A stretch of DNA of 54,984 nucleotides, from the NCBI GenBank assembly GCA_035303365.1, contig DATGRS010000140.1, positions 1 through 54,984 on the forward strand, given 5' to 3'. Below, piece after piece: positions 1 to 10,104 of the stretch. The notes under the pieces were generated by a model. It was not told the origin of the DNA. It did no database searches and saw only the letters and a program-made list of their open reading frames with translations. Every line of letters starts with the position of its first letter. Position 1 is the stretch's first letter. The DNA is from Ornithinicoccus sp. GTDB taxonomy: Bacteria; Actinomycetota; Actinomycetes; Actinomycetales; Dermatophilaceae. The translations under genes were made by a program, and so were the position numbers.

Positions 1-18
1 CCCCGGGTCGGGCGCCCT

Positions 19-95
19 GGGTCCGTCCCGTGGGTCCGTCCCGTGGGTCCGTCCCGTGGGTCCGTCCCGTAGGTCCGTCCCGTAGGTCCTCCCGT
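19..95. repeat. 13-bp tandem repeat (GGGTCCGTCCCGT), about 6 copies
   Basis: Units at 19, 32, 45 and 58 are exact; 71 has an A variant and 84 a 1-nt deletion; lies downstream of the aftD-like stop. Confidence 0.9.
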
Positions 96-134
96 GGGGA
101 GGACAGGCTCGCAGTTGAGCTTCGGCCAGTCCGT

Positions 135-3100
135 CTAGCGACGACGACGCGGTGTCGAACGTGTCCGATCCGCGACGGCAGCGCCGGCGAGGGCCAGCAG
201 GATGGCTAGCAGGATCACCAGCTGTGGGAGGACGGCGGTCACGCTGTCGCCCAGCGGGCGCGGCCCGAACCAGGCGACCAGCGCCGTGCCGGCGAGGCCG
301 ACGACTGCCGCGATCGCCGCACTGGTCCGGCGCCCCAGCAGGAGCACCGCGGCCGCCGCGACCGCCCCCAGGGCGACGCCCCAGAGACCGGCGAAGAGGA
401 CGGCCCAGAGCCCGACGAGCGCGAACCGCTCGGAGAGGGTCGGGGTTGCGGTCGGCTGGATCGTGACCGGCCGTCCCGGGCGGCGCCAGAGGGCCCCGGC
501 CGCCAACAGCGCCAGCAGCGCCACGAAGCCCGCCAGCAGTCCGAGGCGATAGGCCACGTCCGGGTCGAAGCGTGCCTCCAGCGTGCCCGCCGCGCCCGCC
601 GGCACGACGAACCCCTGTTGCCAGCCGTCGACCACGATCCCCTCCGCGGGCGTGCGGGTGCCGTCCTCATCCACCAGGTCGGCGGACCAACCCTCGCCGA
701 AGTTCTGGGCCAGGACGAGGATCGAGTCCTCGGCCCGCGCCGGGACGGCCACCTCGGCCTCCGCAGGAGTGGGACGCGTCAGAGTCAGGGCCGTCGTCGC
801 GGGTGCCGGGGTGTCGAGCCCCTCCCGGGTCAGGGTGAGGTCGACCGGGACCCACCGGTCCGTAGCCGCAGCGCTGACCGTGTTCTGTCCAGCGCCGAGC
901 GACACGGTGTCCTGGGCGCCGCACGGGCGCCAGTCCAGGCGGTCCCGCTCCAGCACCTCCCTGGCCGTGCCCGACACTTGCGTGGGCACCGTCGTGCCGT
1001 TGACCGTGACGTCCGGGCCGGACCCGCAGGGCAGGAACAGTGCCCGGTCGGGGTCGCCCACCTCGAAGTCTGCGTCGCCCAGGAGCGTGAGCTCCGAGAC
1101 GCCGACCGGGAGCCCGCGGACGACGCCCGGCAGCGAAGGGTCGGAGTTCGTCACGGTGAACGATGCGCCGAAAGTGACCTCGACCTCACGCACCTCGGTC
1201 CCGTCCCAGGTGACCTGTCCGTCCGGCCCCACGACCAGCTCCATCGGCTCCCCACCGTCCAGGCGGACGGTCAGCTCGGACGGGCGGCTGGCGGGCAGGA
1301 AGTAGTCGCTCGACAGCCGTAGTCCGGTCAGCGCCCGCTCCTCCGGCAGCCGCAGCGTCAGCGTCGGGTCGAAGTCGAGTGGCCCGGCCACCCACCCGGT
1401 GCCCTCATCACCGTCCACGACGGTGTCCGGTCTCCCGTACGCCGCGAAGACGTCCCGCGACGACGCGCTCACCTCGACCTGCCCGGGCACCCGCAGCAGC
1501 TGCTCGGCAGCGCCGCCGTCCACCGGCATGACCTCACCGGTGACGGCATACACGCCTCCGTCGTCAAGGTCGAGGGTGCGGTGGAGTCCCGCCGGCTCCT
1601 CCATCGGCTGAGCCTGGAGGCCGGCGCACAGCGGCCGCTGGCCCAGCATCAGGCACGCCGAGCGGCCGAGCTGCTGGGCACGCAGCGAGATCACGTCAGC
1701 ATCACCCCCACCGGGACGCACCTCGAGTGACGGCGAGACCGGCGTGATGCCGGGCAGCTCCACCTCGGCCAGGGTGGCTGGGGAGAACGTGTCCTCGGGC
1801 ACCGAGGCGACGACGATGCGCAGGCTGCGGGTCGGGCCGTCCGGCACCCCCAGCCGCTGGTCGAGCACGTCGGGGTCGACCACGGTGGTCTCGCTGCCCG
1901 CGTCGGTGACCACCCGCCAGGACCGGACCGGCGCCACGAAGGCCGACTGGCCGACGCGGATCCGCAGCGTCCGCCCTAGGTCCTGCGGCTCGGTGAAGTC
2001 CACCTGCCACCACTGCCCCTGTGGTGTCCCGAACTCGCCGGTCAGCCAGTTCGTGGCCACCCGACCGTCCAGCGCCAGCCACGGGTCGTAGCCCGCTCCG
2101 GCGCGTGCCGGCGCATCGGCGTCGGAGGCGGAGGACGACGCCGTGACGTCGGCGACCGGAGCCGGCCACGTGATCACCGCGGGCTCGTCGAGCTCCGGCG
2201 GCAGGTAGTCGTTCACCCGACGCTCGGGCAGCTCGGCGTCCGCCGTCTTCATGCCCGAGAGGTTGTCCGCGGCCTGCCCGAAGGCCACGGCCCGACGCCG
2301 GTAGCCGTCGCTCGCCACCGTGCCCCCCAGCCCGACCAGGTCACTGCCGCTGCTTCCCAGCAGGTATGCCGGAGCGAGGCTGGCCACGCCGGGCACGTCC
2401 TCGGGGCCACCGGTCAGCCGCATGGTGTCCGAGAGGGGTGCCAGGCGGGCCACTGCCGGGTCCGGCACGGCATACACCTGCACCGAGGGGGTCGGGACGA
2501 CGGTGCGCTGCCGGACCGTGTGACTGTCCGACTCTCCGACCGGGCCGACCGCGGGACCGAAGTCGGCGACACGCTCCAGTCCGGCACCCACCAGGGCCTG
2601 GTGTGGGGCCACCTGGGGGGTCCGTTGGGCGGTCAGCGCCAGGTCGTTGCGGACCACCACCCAGCCGATGCCACCGCGGGCCAGCGCCGCCGCGAGGTCA
2701 GGTCCTCCGTCGCCGGAGCCGATCCTGCGCTGGATCTCGTCGAGCCACCGTGTGGAACCCGCGCCGCCCAGCGGCACGGCGTCCCGGACGGCGAACGGGC
2801 GCTCCATCAGGGCCTGCAGCGGCTCGTCCCGGGTCGATCCCCAGCTGAACTCCGCGAACGGGGCCGCGGGCACGACGAGCACGGTGCCGTCGCCGGGCCG
2901 GGAGTCCAGCCACCGTGCCGTCTCGTACCAGTGCGGCGCGATCTGCTCGTAGCCACCGGACCGGGGCAGCGTGGCGGCCAGCGCCGGAGCAGCGACGGCG
3001 ACCACGGCGCACGCCGCGACGAAGGGCACCAGCACGCGGTGGACGCGGGCTCGCCGCGCCCACCGGGCCAGCTGGGTGAGCGCGCTGGCGAGCAGCAGCA

Positions 3101-4286
3101 CAAGGGGCAGCCGCACCACGAGCTCGAACTTGTGGGTGTTGCGCAGCGCCGCCAGCGCACCGTCGAGCAGCTCCTGGATCTGCGGGGCGAGCACTCCTGC
3201 GACGGACCCTGTGTGACCGGCGCCGACGAGCAGCAGGCCGGTGCCCACCCCGAACGCGAGGAAGAGCCGGTGCGGCGTACGCGCCCGGGTGAGGGCGGCC
3301 AGCCCGGCCAGGGCGATGACCAGGCTGCCGGCGACGAGCAGGGGGCTGTCGACATACTGCCGGCCGGCCGGCCAGGTCGCGCCGGAGGAGGTGACGAGGT
3401 AGCTCAGCCAGGTCGAGGTGCCGCGCAGGGCCTCGCTCGGCGCCGCGACCATGGTGGTCACCGAGGCCGACTCGATCCAGTCCAGGAACGGCGGGCTGTG
3501 GACCCCCATCACGAGGAACGGCAGGAGCCACCAGGCCATGGCGACGACCACCGCGGCCAGCCAGCCCAGGAAGGCGAGCAGTGTCTCGCGGGTCCACCGA
3601 CGGCTGAGGAACCACAGCGTGGGCAGCACCAGCACCGCACCGGTCGCCACCGCGTTGATGCCGCCGACCAGCGCCACCGCCAGCGCGGACCGCCAGATCC
3701 GGCCCCACCACGACAGCGGCGCCCGGCTCACCAGCGGCAGCAGCACCCAGGGCGCCAGCGCCATGGGCCAGACCTCGACCGAGGTGATGGTGACCTCGCT
3801 CAGCATCCGCGGCGTCAGGGCGTAGGCGAACGCGGCGGTGTACGCCGCCCACGGGGTCCCCATGCGCAGGGCTCGGGCCAGCCGCCAGACGCCGAGGAAG
3901 GCCACGCACAGGACGACGGACCACCACAGTCGCTGCACCACCCAGGCGGGGAGACCTAGCTCGATCAGCAGCGCGTGGAACGGTCCCACCGGCAGCAGGT
4001 ACCCATAGGCCTGGTTCTGCAGCTGACCGAGGAATCCGTGGGGGTCCCAGAGGTGCAGCGAGCGGACCAGGAACGCCACCGGACCGGCGGTGAGGTCGAG
4101 CTTGGTGTCCGGCACGACCATCCCGGGCGCCTGGCGGAACATCAGCGCGGTCAGCGCCAGGCAGCCGAGCAGCAGCCGCGCTGGCCAGACCACCGACTCC
4201 GAGGCGTATGCCGCGCGCTCGCCGGGGTCGTGCGCCTCCGGTCTGTCCCGGGGCGGGTCCGCGAGGTCCTGCGGCGCGACGGTCAC
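135..4286 (-). CDS. aftD: Alpha-(1->3)-arabinofuranosyltransferase AftD-like (DUF3367), GT-C membrane protein with discoidin-like extracellular domains
   Basis: About 1380 aa; DTKLDL...LWDP...GQLQNQAYGYLLP and TRDEPLQ...VRDAVPL motifs typical of AftD; many TM helices; probable GTG start at 4286 overlaps the upstream TGA (GTGA); ORF track starts at 4316. Confidence 0.85.
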   Translation of the reverse strand: MTVAPQDLADPPRDRPEAHDPGERAAYASESVVWPARLLLGCLALTALMFRQAPGMVVPDTKLDLTAGPVAFLVRSLHLWDPHGFLGQLQNQAYGYLLPVGPFHALLIELGLPAWVVQRLWWSVVLCVAFLGVWRLARALRMGTPWAAYTAAFAYALTPRMLSEVTITSVEVWPMALAPWVLLPLVSRAPLSWWGRIWRSALAVALVGGINAVATGAVLVLPTLWFLSRRWTRETLLAFLGWLAAVVVAMAWWLLPFLVMGVHSPPFLDWIESASVTTMVAAPSEALRGTSTWLSYLVTSSGATWPAGRQYVDSPLLVAGSLVIALAGLAALTRARTPHRLFLAFGVGTGLLLVGAGHTGSVAGVLAPQIQELLDGALAALRNTHKFELVVRLPLVLLLASALTQLARWARRARVHRVLVPFVAACAVVAVAAPALAATLPRSGGYEQIAPHWYETARWLDSRPGDGTVLVVPAAPFAEFSWGSTRDEPLQALMERPFAVRDAVPLGGAGSTRWLDEIQRRIGSGDGGPDLAAALARGGIGWVVVRNDLALTAQRTPQVAPHQALVGAGLERVADFGPAVGPVGESDSHTVRQRTVVPTPSVQVYAVPDPAVARLAPLSDTMRLTGGPEDVPGVASLAPAYLLGSSGSDLVGLGGTVASDGYRRRAVAFGQAADNLSGMKTADAELPERRVNDYLPPELDEPAVITWPAPVADVTASSSASDADAPARAGAGYDPWLALDGRVATNWLTGEFGTPQGQWWQVDFTEPQDLGRTLRIRVGQSAFVAPVRSWRVVTDAGSETTVVDPDVLDQRLGVPDGPTRSLRIVVASVPEDTFSPATLAEVELPGITPVSPSLEVRPGGGDADVISLRAQQLGRSACLMLGQRPLCAGLQAQPMEEPAGLHRTLDLDDGGVYAVTGEVMPVDGGAAEQLLRVPGQVEVSASSRDVFAAYGRPDTVVDGDEGTGWVAGPLDFDPTLTLRLPEERALTGLRLSSDYFLPASRPSELTVRLDGGEPMELVVGPDGQVTWDGTEVREVEVTFGASFTVTNSDPSLPGVVRGLPVGVSELTLLGDADFEVGDPDRALFLPCGSGPDVTVNGTTVPTQVSGTAREVLERDRLDWRPCGAQDTVSLGAGQNTVSAAATDRWVPVDLTLTREGLDTPAPATTALTLTRPTPAEAEVAVPARAEDSILVLAQNFGEGWSADLVDEDGTRTPAEGIVVDGWQQGFVVPAGAAGTLEARFDPDVAYRLGLLAGFVALLALLAAGALWRRPGRPVTIQPTATPTLSERFALVGLWAVLFAGLWGVALGAVAAAAVLLLGRRTSAAIAAVVGLAGTALVAWFGPRPLGDSVTAVLPQLVILLAILLALAGAAVADRTRSTPRRRR

Positions 4287-5059
4287 CGCCGCTCCAGCAC
4301 GATCACGGCGTTCCACGCGACGACCTCGCGCACGCCCGGCACCCGGATCATCCAGCGGGCCCAGGCGGGGTGGTAGCGCGGTTCGACCGCCACCACGCGC
4401 GCCTCACCGGCCGCCTCGACGGCCCTCGCCCACCGCAGCATCCGCCGCACGGAGTAGGCGAAGAGGGAGCTGCCGTAGTCGTTCTTGGGCCGGTGGCCGT
4501 GGCGCCGGGCGTAGCGGTCGGCGGCGCGGTAGCCGCCCAGGTAGTGCCACATGCCGGTCTCGTGCCCGCCGTGGGGCGACAGCCACGGCGTCCAGGAGAG
4601 GTAGACGGTCCCGCCAGGGCGCGTCACCCGGAGCATCTCGTGGGCCATCAGCTCGGGGTCGGGCACGTGCTCCAGCACGTTGGAGGAGTAGCAGAGGTCG
4701 ACCGCGGCGTCGGCCAGCGGCAGTGCCAGACCGGAGGCGCGAAGCGTGTTGGTGGCGGCGTGCCCGCGGGCGGTCATCTCGCCGGCGTCGGGCTCGATCC
4801 CGACGTAACGCGCGCCGGCCCGCAAGAACGCATCCGCGAAGTAGCCGGGGCCCCCACCGACGTCCAGCACGTCGGCGCCGGCCAGCTCGACGAAGCGCCC
4901 GGTCTCCCGTGTGGAGTCCGCCGCGAGCACGCTGTAGAAGCGGTCCGGGTCGGTCTGCTCGGCCAGGAAGGCGCGGAAGAGGTGGACGGAGCGCGCGAGG
5001 GTGCCCGGAGGAGGCAGCTCGAGATCGTCCACGACAACGAACCATAATCGGGCTACCAT
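4283..5059 (-). CDS. Class I SAM-dependent methyltransferase (Rv0224c-like)
   Basis: VLDVGGGPG motif I, SSNVLEHV, SPHGGHETG; start uncertain (ATG 5059 or GTG 5032). Confidence 0.85.
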   Translation of the reverse strand: MVARLWFVVVDDLELPPPGTLARSVHLFRAFLAEQTDPDRFYSVLAADSTRETGRFVELAGADVLDVGGGPGYFADAFLRAGARYVGIEPDAGEMTARGHAATNTLRASGLALPLADAAVDLCYSSNVLEHVPDPELMAHEMLRVTRPGGTVYLSWTPWLSPHGGHETGMWHYLGGYRAADRYARRHGHRPKNDYGSSLFAYSVRRMLRWARAVEAAGEARVVAVEPRYHPAWARWMIRVPGVREVVAWNAVIVLERR

Positions 5060-5117
5060 TCGGTAACTAACCTGCGAGCGACCCGGTCGCCGCCCGACGA
5101 CATGGGAGTCCCGGCTG

Positions 5118-6302
5118 ATGCGGATCGCGATCTGCAACTGGCGCGACCTGGCGCACCCCGAGGGCGGTGGGGCCGAGGTCTATGCGCGGATGGTCGCCGA
5201 GGGGCTGGTCGAGGCCGGGCACGAGGTCACCTTCCTGTGCGCCGCGCATGCCAACGCGCCGGCTGCCGAGACGATCAACGGGGTGCGCTACCTGCGTGCC
5301 GGCTCCCGCATCGGCGTCTACGCCGCCGCCCGTCGCGCGATCCGCCGGCTGGAGACGCGGGAGGGCCGGTTCGACGTCGTGGTCGACGTGCAGAACGGTC
5401 TGCCCTTCTTCGCCGGGTGGGCCACGGATGCTCCTGTCGTCGTCCTGGTGCACCACGTCCACCGCGAGCAGTGGCCGGTCGTCTTCAGTGCCCCGGTCGC
5501 GGCCGTCGGTTGGGGGATCGAGTCTCGGGTCTCTCCCCGGGTCAACCGGGGTCGGCAGTATGTCGCGGTGTCCCGGTCCACCAAGGACGAGCTGGTGGCC
5601 ATGGGGGTTGAGCGGGACCACGTCGCCATCGTCCACAACGGCACCAAGCCGCCACTGCCGGTCACCGCGGCCGAGACCGACGGTCCGCGGCTCCTGGTGC
5701 TCGGCCGCGTGGTGAAGCACAAGCGCATCGAGCAGGCGGTCGACCTGGTCCGCCGGCTGCGCCCGCACCACCCGGGCCTGCGTCTGCGCGTCGTCGGGGA
5801 CGGCTGGTGGAGCCGGGAGGTCCGCGACCACGTCGCTGCCACTGGAGCAGCGGAGTATGTCGACCTGCTGGGCTTCGTGGACGAGGAGACCAAGCACCGC
5901 GAGCTGGCGTCCGCGTCGCTGCTCCTGGTCCCCAGCGTCAAGGAGGGCTGGGGGCTGTCCGTCGTCGAGGCGGCCAGCCACGGCGTGCCCGCCATCGGAT
6001 ACCGCGACGCCGGTGGGGTGTCCGAGTCGATCGAGGACGGGGAGACCGGGCTGCTCGTCGACGACCTGGAGGGGATGGTCGGCTCGGTCGACGCGCTGCT
6101 GCGGGACCGGGACCGACTGACCGAGCTGGGTGCCAACGCGCTGGCACACTCCGCGAGGTTCACCTGGGACGAGACCGTGCGCGCCTGGGAGCAGCTGTTG
6201 CTGCGGGCCAGCTGGGGGCACTCACCCACCGCGATGGGGGACCACGCCCACTCGGTCCCGACGCCCTACTCGCACCGCCAGATCGACCGCGGCACGGCCT
6301 GA
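5118..6302 (+). CDS. Glycosyltransferase family 4 (Rv0225-like)
   Basis: NWRDLAHPEGGGAE N-terminus, HHVHREQW, KEGWGLSVVEA (E-x7-E) motif. Confidence 0.9.
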   Translation: MRIAICNWRDLAHPEGGGAEVYARMVAEGLVEAGHEVTFLCAAHANAPAAETINGVRYLRAGSRIGVYAAARRAIRRLETREGRFDVVVDVQNGLPFFAGWATDAPVVVLVHHVHREQWPVVFSAPVAAVGWGIESRVSPRVNRGRQYVAVSRSTKDELVAMGVERDHVAIVHNGTKPPLPVTAAETDGPRLLVLGRVVKHKRIEQAVDLVRRLRPHHPGLRLRVVGDGWWSREVRDHVAATGAAEYVDLLGFVDEETKHRELASASLLLVPSVKEGWGLSVVEAASHGVPAIGYRDAGGVSESIEDGETGLLVDDLEGMVGSVDALLRDRDRLTELGANALAHSARFTWDETVRAWEQLLLRASWGHSPTAMGDHAHSVPTPYSHRQIDRGTA

Positions 6303-6344
6303 TCGACGGCTCTGCCGGCACGCCGCTGCCGCTACGCTGCACAC

Positions 6345-8201
6345 GTGGCAGAGGGCGCCGGCATCTCACCAGGTCAGACGACGCGACGGCACCTGCCCGC
6401 GCAGCTGTCCGCGCCGCTCCGGTCGTTCCTGGGGACCGAGGCAGGCAGTGCCGGAGTCATGCTGCTGGCGGCGGCCGTGGCGCTCGGCTGGGCCAACTCG
6501 CCGTGGTCGGGTTCATACGAGGCGCTGTGGGACACCCACCTGTCTGTCTCTCTCGGGGACGCCGAGCTGGCGATGGACCTGGGTCACTGGGTCAACGACG
6601 GCCTGATGGCGCTCTTCTTCTTCGTGATCGGCCTCGAGGTGCGCCGGGAGCTCTCGCTCGGGGAGCTGACCCGGCGCAGTCGGCTCGTGATCCCCCTCGT
6701 GGCCGGGATCACGGGGATGCTCGTCCCCACCCTGCTCTACCTCGTGCTGAACCCCTCCGGGGAGGCGGCACGCGGCTGGGGCATCGTGATCGGCACCGAC
6801 ACCGCCTTCCTGCTCGGGGCCCTGGCCATCGTCGGACCAGCCGTCTCCACCCAGCTGCGGATCTTCCTGCTCACGGTCACCGTCATCGACGACATCGTGG
6901 CGGTCACGGTCATCGGCGTGGTCTACTCCGAGTCGATCCAGCTCGTCCCGCTGCTGGTCGGGCTCGGCTGCGTGGCGGTCCTGGTCGTGCTCAACCGGCT
7001 GCGCCAGTGGCGCGCGTCCCCCTACGTGGCCGTGGTCGCCGTGCTCTGGCTCGCGACCGTGCAGTCGGGTGTACACGCGTCCATCGCCGGCATGGTCGCC
7101 GGTCTGCTCATCCCCGCGTGGGCGCCTCGCAAGCCCGAGGTGGAGACGGCCGCGTCACTGTTCACGGCCTTCCGGCAGTCGCCGATGGCCAGCCTGCAGG
7201 CCTCCGCCAGCCAGGGGCTGGCACGGGTGATCTCGGTGAACGAGCGTCTGCAGACGATGCTGCACCCGTGGACCAGCTATCTGATCGTGCCGGTGTTCGC
7301 GCTGGCCAACGCCGGCGTGGACCTGCGTGATGGAGTCCTCGGCGACGCACTGCGCTCGCCCGTGACCTGGGGCGTCGTGCTCGGGCTGGTCGGAGGCAAG
7401 TTCCTCGGGCTCGGGGGAGGCGCGCTCGCTGCCGTGCGACTTCGGCTCGGTCAGCTACCGCAGGGCGTGGGACCCGGCCAGGTGCTGGGCGGCGCCGCCC
7501 TGTCCGGTATCGGGTTCACCGTCTCCCTGCTGATCATCGGTCTGGCCTTCGACGACGCCCGCCTGGTGGATGAGGCCACGGTGGGTGTCCTGCTGTCGGC
7601 CATCCTCGCCACGGTCCTCGGCTGGGTCGTGTTCCGTGCGGCGGCGGTGTTCCACGGCGAGTGGTCGGCCGGCCTCCCGACGGAACTGTGTCGACCGGTC
7701 GACCCGGCGCGCGACCACATCCTCGGGCCGGCCGATGCGCCGCTCACCGTGGTGGAGTACCTCGACTACGAGTGCCCGTTCTGCGCCCGCGCAACCGGGG
7801 TGATCCACGAGCTGCGTGAGCGGTTCGGGGACGACCTGCGATACGTCGTCCGCCACCTGCCACTCCCCGACGTGCACCCCCACGCCGAGCAGGCGGCGGT
7901 CGCCGCCGAGGCGGCCGCGGAGCAGGGCCGGTTCTGGCCGATGCACGACCTGCTCTTCACCCGGCAGGACGAGCTGGAGATGGAGGACCTCATCGGGTAT
8001 GCCGCCGAGCTCGGCCTCGATGTCGAGCAGTTCGTGCGTGACCTGCAGCGGGAGGACCTGGCAGACCGCGTCCGGGAGGACGTCGCCAGCGCGGAGGCGA
8101 GTGGAGCTCGGGGCACCCCGACCTTCTTCGTGGGGAGGGAGCGCCATGCGGGGCCGCACGACGCCCGGACGCTGATCGAGAAGGTGCACCGGACGCGCTA
8201 G
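6345..8201 (+). CDS. nhaA: Na+/H+ antiporter NhaA fused to a C-terminal DsbA/thioredoxin-like domain
   Basis: [38 protein letters not shown]; C-terminal DYECPFC and GTPTFF. Confidence 0.9.
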   Translation: MAEGAGISPGQTTRRHLPAQLSAPLRSFLGTEAGSAGVMLLAAAVALGWANSPWSGSYEALWDTHLSVSLGDAELAMDLGHWVNDGLMALFFFVIGLEVRRELSLGELTRRSRLVIPLVAGITGMLVPTLLYLVLNPSGEAARGWGIVIGTDTAFLLGALAIVGPAVSTQLRIFLLTVTVIDDIVAVTVIGVVYSESIQLVPLLVGLGCVAVLVVLNRLRQWRASPYVAVVAVLWLATVQSGVHASIAGMVAGLLIPAWAPRKPEVETAASLFTAFRQSPMASLQASASQGLARVISVNERLQTMLHPWTSYLIVPVFALANAGVDLRDGVLGDALRSPVTWGVVLGLVGGKFLGLGGGALAAVRLRLGQLPQGVGPGQVLGGAALSGIGFTVSLLIIGLAFDDARLVDEATVGVLLSAILATVLGWVVFRAAAVFHGEWSAGLPTELCRPVDPARDHILGPADAPLTVVEYLDYECPFCARATGVIHELRERFGDDLRYVVRHLPLPDVHPHAEQAAVAAEAAAEQGRFWPMHDLLFTRQDELEMEDLIGYAAELGLDVEQFVRDLQREDLADRVREDVASAEASGARGTPTFFVGRERHAGPHDARTLIEKVHRTR

Positions 8202-9798
8202 GCGCGCTCCAGGATCGCCCCTACGTCCGCGCCGGTCGGCAGCACGCCATACAGCTGGCCGCCGCCACCACCCAGCCTCGACGCCACGAAGGCCTCGGCC
8301 ACCGGTGTCGGCGCGTGGCGCACCATCAGCGAGGCCTGGAGGGCCAGCGCGAGCGACTCGACGAGGAACCGGGCGCTCGCCTGGTCGGCCGAGCCCGCGA
8401 GCGCCCGGGTCCGTGCCAGGTGCCCGTCCAGCACCGGGTAGGCGCCGCCCGTCACGGAGACCTCGGCGAAGAACGCCTCGACCGACGCCGGGTCCCGGGC
8501 GATCGCCCGGAGCACGTCCAGTGCGATCACGTTGCCGGACCCCTCCCAGATGGCCATCACCGGCTGCTCCCGGTAGCGCATGGCCAGCGGGAAGTCCTCC
8601 GTGTAGCCGTTGCCACCCAGACACTCCATCGCCTCGTAGGAGTGGCCCGGACCGCGCTTGCACACCCAGTACTTCGCGACCGCCGTGGCGAGGCGGCGGA
8701 AGCCTCGCTCCGCGTCGTCGGCGTCCGCATCGTGCGCGCGGGCGAGCCGCAACGCCGTCCAGGTCGCCGCCTCCGACTCCAGGGCCAGGTCGGCCAGCAC
8801 GGTGGCCATCGCGGGCTGGTCGACCAGCACCGCCCCGAAGGCCTCGCGGTGCCGCGTGTGCCAGACCGCCTCGGCCACGGCCTGGCGCATGCCGGCGGCC
8901 GAGCCGAGCACGCAGTCGAGCCGGGTGTGGGCGACCATGTCGATGATGGTCCGGACGCCGCGCCCCGGCTCGCCCACCCGGAGGCCGACCGTCTGGTCGA
9001 GCTCGATCTCGCTGGAGGCGTTGGAGCGGTTGCCGAGCTTGTCCTTGAGCCGCTGGATGGCGAAGGGGTTCGGGTGCCGTCCGCCAGGACGCGTGGCACC
9101 AGGAAGCAGCTCAGCCCCTCGGGCTCCTGGGCGAGCACCAGGAAGGCATCCGACATCGGCGCGCTGCAGAACCACTTGTGACCGGTCAGCCGGTGGCTGC
9201 CGTCACCGGCGTCGACCGCCTGGGTGGTGTTGGCGCGCACGTCCGACCCACCCTGCTTCTCGGTCATGGCCATGCCCATGATCGCGGACCGTTTCCCCGC
9301 GACGAGCCGGCCGTCATACACCCTGGAGAAGAGGCGGGGCAGCCACTGGTCCGCCAGCTCCGGAGTGGTCATCAGGGTCGGAACGGCGGCGTGGGTCATC
9401 GACACCGGGCAGGCGTGGCCGGGTTCGATCTGCGCGTAGAGCATGAAGGTGGCGGCCCGCGACACGGCTGCGCCCGCGCCGGGCTCGGCCCAGCCTGCGG
9501 TGTGCGCGCCGTCAGCCACAGCGGCCGCGATGATGCGGTGGTAGGCCGGGTCGTAGTCGACCTCGTCGATGCGTCGGCCCCACCGGTCGTGCGTCCGCAG
9601 GACGGGCGGCTGTCGGTGCGCGGTGGCCGCATCCTGCTGGAACGCGGCGGTGCCGACGTGCGTGCCGACGCGGTGCAGGTGGTCGCTCGCCCAGCCGGCC
9701 TCGAAGGTCTTCACGGCCTCGGTGAGCGGCCGGTTCACGGCATACTCGTCCAGGTCCACCCGGGGTGGCGGCTGGTTGGTGACCTCATGGGTAGCCAT
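8198..9798 (-). pseudogene. aidB: AidB-like acyl-CoA dehydrogenase with a single-base frameshift near 9070
   Basis: N-half (MATHEVTNQPP...MAMTEKQGGSDV...GHKWFCSAP) lies in ORF 8557..10422 and C-half (NPFAIQRLKDKLGNRSNASSE...WEGSGNV) in ORF 8198..9175; one added base joins them. Confidence 0.8.
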
Positions 9799-9906
9799 GC
9801 CCCACGGTAGCGCCGGTCCGGACCACGGTTGACGACGGGCGGGGTAGGCGCACAATTGTCTACCTTGCGGTAACATTCGCCGGGATACGTCCCTACGGAG
9901 GTCCAG

Positions 9907-10104
9907 ATGAGCCAGTCCACGAACACCGGCGGAGCCGGTTCGCGGATCGTGCCCGCCGTCATTGCCCTCGTGGTGGGCCTCGGCGCCGCTGGCGCGGCCA
10001 CCGCGGCCGTGGTCAACAGCTTCAGTCCCAACGACGGCCAGGCACGCACCAGCGGTCCCGCCGAGCCGAAGCCGGCCCAGGAGATCCTGGGCTACGGCGA
10101 CTGA
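9907..10104 (+). CDS. Small secreted/membrane protein, DUF2613 (Rv0236A-like)
   Basis: 65 aa, single hydrophobic helix, C-terminal YGD; GGAGG ribosome-binding site; context of the aftD cluster. Confidence 0.7.
   Translation: MSQSTNTGGAGSRIVPAVIALVVGLGAAGAATAAVVNSFSPNDGQARTSGPAEPKPAQEILGYGD

Noticed and set aside
9061-9080. Programmed -1 ribosomal frameshift in aidB
   Set aside because: No X-XXY-YYZ slippery site, and AidB homologues are not known to be recoded; deletion or sequencing error is simpler
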